Of a stretch of 64,000 nucleotides of DNA, positions 63,751 to 64,000 are shown in pieces. The position numbers and the translations under genes are program-made. The notes below the pieces were generated by a model that saw nothing but the letters and a program-made list of their open reading frames with translations, searched no databases and was not told the DNA's origin. Origin of the DNA: Phoronis australis (lineage: Eukaryota > Animalia > Phoronida); contig NMRA01000074.1 of NCBI GenBank assembly GCA_002633005.1, forward strand, positions 140,791 through 204,790. Direction: 5' to 3'. The stretch's first letter is position 1; every line of letters begins with the position of its first letter.

Positions 63751-64000
63751 CTGAGAACTCGTAAACAAGCATGTTGGCGACTGTGGTTAAAGTGTTTTTT
63801 TATGATTTTTCCAGAGTCGCTATGTTTTAGTGTGTTTTTTAAATAATGTCGCATGTCATACTTCTCAGAAAATCAATATTGTTCCAATAATTTAAGAAAA
63901 TTGGAATATTCATTCTAGCGATCCTGCAACACGATCCAACTGTTCTTCTGTGTTACCATAGATTATAGACAACTATAGTCTATGGTGTTACACACGCCGG

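Noticed and set aside
1-64000. Vault RNA or telomerase RNA gene linked to TEP1
   Set aside because: No convincing Pol III A/B-box unit with terminal stem and T-run, or template motif, was seen by eye; an Infernal search would be needed.

Overview
Eukaryotic (AT-rich, probably invertebrate bilaterian) genomic DNA, with one assembly gap (35793-36385) and a few single Ns. Nearly the whole window is one minus-strand gene: TEP1 (telomerase protein component 1 / minor vault protein). Its architecture is low-complexity N-terminus, TROVE, vWA-like, DUF4062, NACHT NTPase, then many WD40 repeats. I traced 47 phase-compatible coding exons by hand (~7.26 kb, ~2420 codons) from 58688 down to 496. The start codon is unresolved and the gene continues beyond position 1. 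The introns hold many non-autonomous transposons: Helentron-type HINE/DINE-like elements, Kolobok-like TTAA elements with THAP remnants, two CAG/CAA-ended families with 6-bp TSDs, Tc1/pogo-like and Harbinger-like MITEs, a 5.2-kb TIR element and a Penelope GIY-YIG remnant with a hammerhead core. Most notable: (1) HINE central repeats are co-oriented arrays of near-consensus CTCF motifs every ~150 bp; (2) three tandem repeats are anchored on TEP1 splice junctions and multiply donor or acceptor sites; (3) an RGG/RG exon lies inside the TROVE domain; (4) a Kolobok-like element is built from two left ends; (5) a duplicated exon is best explained as two haplotypes differing by a transposon insertion. 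All calls come from reading the sequence by eye; no database searches were run.
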